Assembly (NCBI GenBank): GCA_965649225.1
Contig: CBFGJX010000032.1
Coordinates: 1-11,415 of the forward strand
Reading direction: 5' to 3'
DNA from: a candidate division WOR-3 bacterium
GTDB taxonomy: Bacteria > Hydrothermota > Tepidihabitantia > Tepidihabitantales > Tepidihabitantaceae
Length of the DNA stretch: 11,415 nt
The notes beneath the pieces were generated by a model that worked only from the letters and a program-made list of their open reading frames with translations, did no database searches and was not told where the DNA came from. Each line of letters opens with the position of its first letter. Within the stretch, counting starts at the first letter, position 1. The position numbers and the translations under genes are program-made. This document shows, piece by piece, positions 6,418 through 11,415 of this stretch.

Positions 6418-7514
6418 TTTGTCCCCCTGTCCGCTGCCGGCCGGGCCAGCCGCGCGACGACGATGTCACCGGCCTGGCCCTGGGTGGTGGCACAGACATA
6501 GACATCGTTGGGTACCGCGATGCCGACCGCACCGGACCGGCCGCAGGTTTTCAGCGTCCGTTCCCAGATTGAAGTTGCGTTCGGCCGGTAGTGAAAGGCA
6601 AAGGCCCGGGCCTGTGCATCGTAGCCGACTGCGCCGGCAACAAACAAATCGCCTTCCGCGCTCACCGCCACCGCCCGGCCTTCGGCCTGAGTCTGCGCCC
6701 CGAATGCCGCCTCGCGGATAACCTTGCCTTCGGGGTCGTATTCCAGAATCACACACCGCACCGAATCGGCCAGCCGCACCGTGCCGGTGGCAACGACATT
6801 GCCGAAAAGGTCGAAGGTGATTCCGCCCGGCAGGTCGGCCGCTCCCGAGTCGTAGCGCCGCGTCCAGATCGTGTCGCCGGTCGAGTCGGTAACGACGACG
6901 ACAATGTCCGGGCTCTCCGCCGTGCCGCCGGCCGCGACCACCGCCAGCTTGCCCGCCGGCCCGGCGGCAACCGCCTGACCGACCGCACCACCGAGACGCA
7001 GATTGCGCACCCAGTTGACACGGCCGTCTGCCTCCAGCCGGGCCAGCAGCAGGTCCAGCTCGCGGCCGTCACCCGCCGCGCCGGTTATCACTGCCGCGCC
7101 ACCCGGCAGCGCACAGACTCCGCCGGCCCAGGACCGTTCACCGATGCCGAGCCCTTTCTGCCAGCGCAGACTGCCGTCATGGCCGTACTTGACCACCGCG
7201 CACACCGGTTCATCGCGGTCAACTGTCCGACCGGCCAGCACGATACCGTCCGGTACCAGCGCCACTCCGGAACAGATCCTGCCCTCGTTCCAGGTCCGGC
7301 GCCAGACCTCGCTGCCGTCGGCCCGGAAACGAGCGACCAGCCAGCCCGACCGGCCCGGGCCGCTGACCGTGCCGGCGACGACAACCGTTGCCGAATCGGC
7401 CGCAATCCCGGCTGCAGCTTCGTCCAGTTCGGTGGCAATCTCGTGCTGCCAGACCACTGGCCCCGAACCGCAGCCGGCCAGAACCAATACCAGTAGAAAG
7501 AGATTTCTTACCAT
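6414..7514 (-). CDS. Putative lipoprotein with beta-propeller (SBBP-like) repeats
   Basis: Signal peptide II 'MVRNLFLLVLVLAG|C' (lipobox LAGC, Cys15). Repeats such as 'RFRADGSEVW', 'KYGHDGSLRW', 'RLEADGRVNW', 'TDSTGDTIW', 'EYDPEGKV'. SD GGAGG lies 5 nt before the ATG. Confidence 0.8.
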   Translation of the reverse strand: MVRNLFLLVLVLAGCGSGPVVWQHEIATELDEAAAGIAADSATVVVAGTVSGPGRSGWLVARFRADGSEVWRRTWNEGRICSGVALVPDGIVLAGRTVDRDEPVCAVVKYGHDGSLRWQKGLGIGERSWAGGVCALPGGAAVITGAAGDGRELDLLLARLEADGRVNWVRNLRLGGAVGQAVAAGPAGKLAVVAAGGTAESPDIVVVVTDSTGDTIWTRRYDSGAADLPGGITFDLFGNVVATGTVRLADSVRCVILEYDPEGKVIREAAFGAQTQAEGRAVAVSAEGDLFVAGAVGYDAQARAFAFHYRPNATSIWERTLKTCGRSGAVGIAVPNDVYVCATTQGQAGDIVVARLARPAADRGTK

Positions 7515-7536
7515 TCTCGCCTCCAGTCAAAGTTCC

Positions 7537-7564
7537 AGTTTGCCCGGCCACTGCCGCCTGTCAA
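7537..7564 (-). promoter_or_regulatory. Possible promoter for the lipoprotein / gamma-CA pair
   Basis: Minus strand TTGACA (7564-7559) - 16 nt - CAAACT (7542-7537), upstream of the GGAGG SD. The -10 match is weak. Confidence 0.35.
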
Positions 7565-7599
7565 CCACAGTTCAGAACTCGCCGCCATTCGGCCGGCAT

Positions 7600-7628
7600 T
7601 TGAAAAGATTGCCGCAACACTTTATAAT
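7600..7628 (+). promoter_or_regulatory. Sigma70-type promoter of the glmM-glmS operon
   Basis: TTGAAA (7600-7605) - 17 nt - TATAAT (7623-7628) - 6 nt - ATG (7635). No SD sequence before the ATG. Confidence 0.8.
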
Positions 7629-7634
7629 ACCCTT

Positions 7635-8999
7635 ATGGACTCCGTGCTGTTGACGATTTCCGGCCTGCGCGGCATTATCGGCGCCGGCCTTGGCCCCGGA
7701 CTGGTTACCCGCGCTGCCACTGCATTCGGCAGCCTTGTCGGCCCGGGCCCGGTTGCCCTCGGCCGCGATTCGCGCCTGTCGGGCGAGATGCTGGAATGCG
7801 CCGCTGCCGCCGGACTCACCGCCGCCGGCTGCGAAGTGGTCCGGCTCGGCATCTGTCCGACGCCAACCGTTTTGCACTACACCCGCAGCAACGGTCTTGC
7901 CGGCGGGCTCGTCGTCACCGCCTCGCACAACCCCGACCGCTGGAACGGGCTCAAGTTCAGCGCTGCCGACGGCACCTTTCTCACCGCCGAGGCAATCGAG
8001 CAGCTGCGGGCCCGGCTGGCGGCACCGGAACCGGCAACGGTCGAATGGATACGGCTGCTGCCGATGCGCACCGACGACCGGGCCGTCGCCGCCCACGTCG
8101 CCGCAATCAGCTCGAGCGAACTCTTCCCGCCGCTCGCTCGCCGGCTGCGGGTCGGCGTTGATGCGGTCAACGGTGCGGCGTCGCTGGCCGCGCAGGAACT
8201 GGTGCGGGTGCTCGGCGCCGAACCGGTGCCGGTCTGGTGTGACCCCAGTCCCGCCTCGCTGCGCTCCGGTTTTCCCCGCCGGCCGGAACCGGTACCGGAC
8301 GGGCTGGCGGCGCTGTGCCAGATTGTCCGGGCGGAAAAGCTCGACCTCGGTATCGCCTTTGACCCGGACGGCGACCGCTTCTCCTGCGTTGACGAAACCG
8401 GTACTCCGCTCGGCGAAGAGGCAACGATTCAGCTTGCCTGCCGCTGGATACTGCCGCGGCGACAGGGACCGGTGGTGGTGAACCTTTCCACCACCCGGGC
8501 AGTGGAAGACATCTGCGCCGAACTGGCGGTGCCGGTTGAACGGACTGCGGTCGGCGAAGCGGCCGTGGTCGCCGGCATGCGCCGGACCGGTGCCGTGCTG
8601 GGTGGCGAAGGCAACGGCGGCGTCATTCTGCCCGAAATCAACTTCACCCGCGACGGACTGGTGGCGGCCGCGGTCGCACTGGAACTGGCCGGTCAGGGTC
8701 CGCTGTCGGCGGTGCGCGCCGCCCTGCCGGTCTGGCGGATGGTCAAAACCACGCTGCAGCTCGACCGGGAAACTTTCGCCGCCCGCCGGCCGCAGCTGCT
8801 GGAAACATTTGCCGCCAGTCGGCTTGACGAGACCGACGGACTGCTTTTCTCCGGCGACGGCTGGTGGTTGCACGTCCGGGTCTCCAACACCGAACCGATC
8901 GTGCGGCTGATTGCCGAGGCGCGCGCCGGAATGGCGCCGGAACCGCTGCTGGAACAGGCCCGCGCCGCCCTTGCGGCCGAAGACGGCAGGGGGGAATAG
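7635..8999 (+). CDS. glmM: Alpha-D-phosphohexomutase, probable phosphoglucosamine mutase
   Basis: 'ISGLRG', 'GRDSR', 'PTP', phosphoserine loop 'TASHNP', metal loop 'FDPDGDR', sugar loop 'GGEGNGG', 'RVSNTEP'. Its stop abuts the glmS start. PMM/PGM specificity cannot be excluded. Confidence 0.85.
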   Translation: MDSVLLTISGLRGIIGAGLGPGLVTRAATAFGSLVGPGPVALGRDSRLSGEMLECAAAAGLTAAGCEVVRLGICPTPTVLHYTRSNGLAGGLVVTASHNPDRWNGLKFSAADGTFLTAEAIEQLRARLAAPEPATVEWIRLLPMRTDDRAVAAHVAAISSSELFPPLARRLRVGVDAVNGAASLAAQELVRVLGAEPVPVWCDPSPASLRSGFPRRPEPVPDGLAALCQIVRAEKLDLGIAFDPDGDRFSCVDETGTPLGEEATIQLACRWILPRRQGPVVVNLSTTRAVEDICAELAVPVERTAVGEAAVVAGMRRTGAVLGGEGNGGVILPEINFTRDGLVAAAVALELAGQGPLSAVRAALPVWRMVKTTLQLDRETFAARRPQLLETFAASRLDETDGLLFSGDGWWLHVRVSNTEPIVRLIAEARAGMAPEPLLEQARAALAAEDGRGE

Positions 9000-10847
9000 A
9001 TGTGCGGCATTGTCGGCTACATCGGACCCCGCAACGCTTCAACCGTCGTGCTGGTCGGACTGGACCGGCTGGAATACCGCGGCTACGACTCCTGCGGCAT
9101 CGCCGTGGTCAACAACAACGGCATCACTATCCGCAAGACTGCCGGCCGGCTGCAGAAGCTCAAAGACCTGTTGGCCCGTGACCCGCTGGAAGGCACGGTT
9201 GCCATCGGCCACACCCGTTGGGCAACTCATGGCCGCGTCACCGACGAAAACGCCCACCCGTTTACCGACTGCACCGGCACCATCGCCCTCTGCCACAACG
9301 GCATTATCGAGAACTACCGCGAACTGCGCGCCGAGCTGGTTGCCGCCGGCCATCGCTTTGTCTCCGACACCGACACCGAAGTCATCATCCACCTGATCGA
9401 GTCGTACTACAAACGCGACTTCGCCGCTGCCATCCGCCGGGCCACCGCGCGGCTGCGGGGAGCATTTGCTCTGGCGCTGATTTCAGCCCAGGAACCCGAC
9501 CGGGTTTATGCCGTCCGCACCGGTTCACCGCTGGTTGTCGGCCGCGGCCGCAACGAACACATCGTCGCCTCCGACGCACTGGCGCTGGCCGGCATCGCCC
9601 GTCGGATGCTGCCGCTCAATGACGGCGAACTGGCGGTGCTGGAGCGCGACCGCCTGCAGCTTTATGATGCCGACGGCCGTCCGGTCGAGCGGCCGTTTGT
9701 CCCGCTGGGGGTAAAAACCCGCGCCGTGTCCAAGGGCCGCTGGCCGCACTTCATGCGCAAGGAAATCTTCGAACAGCCCGAGATTATCCGCAGCAACATC
9801 GAACGTCGTTTTGGCGGTGCTGCCGGCCGGCCCAGCCCGCGCGCCATCACCCTCGACCCGGAGTATCTGCTTTATCCCGACGAGATTGAACGCATCCAGC
9901 GCATCGTTATCCAGGCCTGCGGCACATCCTATCACGCCGGGCTGGTTGGTCGCTACTACTTTGAAAAGTTCTGCCGCATCCCGGTGTCGGTTGAAATTTC
10001 CTCCGAGCTGCGCACCTCCGAGTTTATCTATGACGGCGCAACCCTGATGCTGCCGATTTCGCAGTCGGGCGAGACCGCCGACACCCTCGCCGCCCTGCGC
10101 GAGGCGGCGGCACGGGAAATTCGCTCGCTGGCTGTTCTCAATGTCCGGCGTTCGTCGATTGACCGCGAGGCCGATTCTTCGGTGTTTATCCACGCCGGCC
10201 CCGAAATCGGCGTCGCCTCGACCAAGGCTTACACCGCCCAGCTTTTTACCCTGCTCGTCCTCGCCCTCTACTTCGCCCGCACCCGCCAGACAATGTCCGA
10301 CGAGACTTTTGACGAGATACTCGGCCATGTCCGACTGCTGCCGGCACAGCTGAAACGTCTGCTCGAACTGGACGGCCGCATCAAGGCCGCGGCCCGTGAC
10401 CTTGCCCGGCACCACGACTTCATCTTTCTCGGCCGCGGCATCAACTACCCTTCGGCACTGGAAGGCGCGCTCAAGCTGAAGGAGATTTCCTATGTCCACG
10501 CCACCGGCTATCCGGCCGGCGAGATGAAGCACGGCCCGATATCGCTGATTACCGACGGTGTTCCGGTAATCGGTATCGCCCCGCTGGACTCGGTACACGA
10601 AAAGATGATCTCCAACCTCGCCGAAGCCAAGGCCCGCCGGGGTACCATCATTGCCATTGCCACTGAGGGTGACCGCGCAATCGAAGAACTCGCCGATGTC
10701 TGCTTCTGCATTCCCCCGGCACCCGAGTACCTCAACCCGATGCTGGTGGCGCTGCCGCTCCAGCTTTTGGCCTACCACATCGCGGTCCGGCGCGGCTGCG
10801 ACGTCGACAAGCCGCGCAACCTCGCCAAGAGCGTTACGGTCGAATAG
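9000..10847 (+). CDS. glmS: Glutamine--fructose-6-phosphate aminotransferase (isomerizing)
   Basis: 'MCGIVG' (catalytic Cys), 'LEYRGYDS', 'GHTRWATHG', 'HNGIIENY', 'SQSGETADT', 'GVASTKAY', C-terminal 'DKPRNLAKSVTVE'. Purine-rich AGGGGGGA upstream. Confidence 0.98.
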   Translation: MCGIVGYIGPRNASTVVLVGLDRLEYRGYDSCGIAVVNNNGITIRKTAGRLQKLKDLLARDPLEGTVAIGHTRWATHGRVTDENAHPFTDCTGTIALCHNGIIENYRELRAELVAAGHRFVSDTDTEVIIHLIESYYKRDFAAAIRRATARLRGAFALALISAQEPDRVYAVRTGSPLVVGRGRNEHIVASDALALAGIARRMLPLNDGELAVLERDRLQLYDADGRPVERPFVPLGVKTRAVSKGRWPHFMRKEIFEQPEIIRSNIERRFGGAAGRPSPRAITLDPEYLLYPDEIERIQRIVIQACGTSYHAGLVGRYYFEKFCRIPVSVEISSELRTSEFIYDGATLMLPISQSGETADTLAALREAAAREIRSLAVLNVRRSSIDREADSSVFIHAGPEIGVASTKAYTAQLFTLLVLALYFARTRQTMSDETFDEILGHVRLLPAQLKRLLELDGRIKAAARDLARHHDFIFLGRGINYPSALEGALKLKEISYVHATGYPAGEMKHGPISLITDGVPVIGIAPLDSVHEKMISNLAEAKARRGTIIAIATEGDRAIEELADVCFCIPPAPEYLNPMLVALPLQLLAYHIAVRRGCDVDKPRNLAKSVTVE

Positions 10848-10857
10848 GCCGGTTTTT

Positions 10858-11415
10858 TCAGCTCTGCGCCACGACCATTATCCGCATCGTCGCCGGCCCG
10901 GGCGGAATGAAACCACCGTGCTGGTAAATATCCACCCGGCCAAACCCGGCCGCGGCCAGAGCCCGGCGCAGCTCCGCTTCAGTGTATCCCCGCTCCTGAT
11001 GAATCTCCTCGAACCGGGGACCGGGCTTTCCTGCTTCGGCCTCTTCCCAGAAAATCAGCCGCAGCGTCGAGATCCGTTCGCGGGCATCCCAGCGGTTCTC
11101 CCAGACTGACCGGACCGGCCCGACATCGCGCGTCGTGGTGCGCGTGCCCCAGAACTCGGCCAGCCCGTAGATGGTGTTCATGTCAAAGACGAACAGCCCG
11201 CCCGGCCGCAGTGCCTGCCGGACACAGCGGAAACAACTGACCAGGTCCTCTTCGGTCAGCAGATAGTTCACGCTGTCGTAAAGACTGATTGCCGCATCGT
11301 GAGGAAACTCAACCGTGAAGTTGCGCATGTCCGCCTGCACCGTCGTAATCGGCAGCTCGCCGCGCCCAGCCACCAGTACCGCCAGCATCGCCGCTGACCG
11401 GTCAACCCCGGTCAG
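10858..11415 (-). CDS. 5'-truncated class I SAM-dependent methyltransferase
   Basis: Frame is open to the window edge (LTGVDRSAAML...). Motifs 'GVD.S..ML', 'QADMRNF', 'DSVNYL', 'LRPGGLFVFD', 'EIHQERGY'. Converges on glmS with a 10-nt gap. Confidence 0.88.
   Translation of the reverse strand: MTGVDRSAAMLAVLVAGRGELPITTVQADMRNFTVEFPHDAAISLYDSVNYLLTEEDLVSCFRCVRQALRPGGLFVFDMNTIYGLAEFWGTRTTTRDVGPVRSVWENRWDARERISTLRLIFWEEAEAGKPGPRFEEIHQERGYTEAELRRALAAAGFGRVDIYQHGGFIPPGPATMRIMVVAQS

Noticed and set aside
8985..9002. glmS ribozyme upstream of glmS
   Set aside because: The glmM stop (8997-8999) directly abuts the glmS ATG (9000), leaving no leader.
7572..10778. Long minus-strand ORFs 7572-8873 and 9525-10778 (also plus-strand 5060-5794 and 6591-7496)
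   Set aside because: Antisense to glmM, glmS, the aminotransferase and the lipoprotein gene; no recognisable domains.
10845..10860. Terminator between glmS and the methyltransferase (GGCCGGTTTTTT)
   Set aside because: A T-run is present but there is no convincing stem in the 10-nt gap.
11394..11415. Inverted repeat CTGACCGG...CCGGTCAG at the window edge
   Set aside because: Lies within the methyltransferase coding frame (LTGVDRS); an 8-bp GC-rich match is plausible by chance.
1..11415. CRISPR array, tRNA/rRNA/tmRNA/RNase P/SRP RNA, transposase or integrase, recoding or pseudogenes
   Set aside because: No regularly spaced repeats or diagnostic RNA motifs were seen, and all recognised genes read through as intact standard-code ORFs.

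Overview
GC-rich bacterial chromosomal window, almost fully coding and mostly housekeeping. The lineage is probably FCB-adjacent such as candidate division WOR-3; this is inferred from the first gene only. Left to right: (1) the 3' part of a Kelch-like beta-propeller protein with Lys-rich loops and a type IX secretion (T9SS) type-A C-terminal sorting domain, followed by an intrinsic terminator; (2) a minus-strand, tightly coupled operon, in transcription order LL-diaminopimelate-aminotransferase-like PLP enzyme, aspartate kinase, scpB, DUF4416, DUF502; (3) a minus-strand pair, beta-propeller lipoprotein plus gamma-carbonic-anhydrase-family protein; (4) a divergent plus-strand glmM-like phosphohexomutase plus glmS; (5) the 3' part of a convergent class I SAM methyltransferase. 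I found no mobile element, CRISPR array, tRNA or rRNA, and no novel multi-gene system that I can support. The best second-look signals are two sigma70-like promoters whose -10 box sits exactly 6 nt before the ATG (probable leaderless mRNAs), an aspartate kinase with a possible nested beta-subunit start and altered nucleotide/effector motifs, the T9SS-tagged Lys-rich Kelch-like protein with distinct codon usage, and an unexplained ~290-nt convergent spacer.
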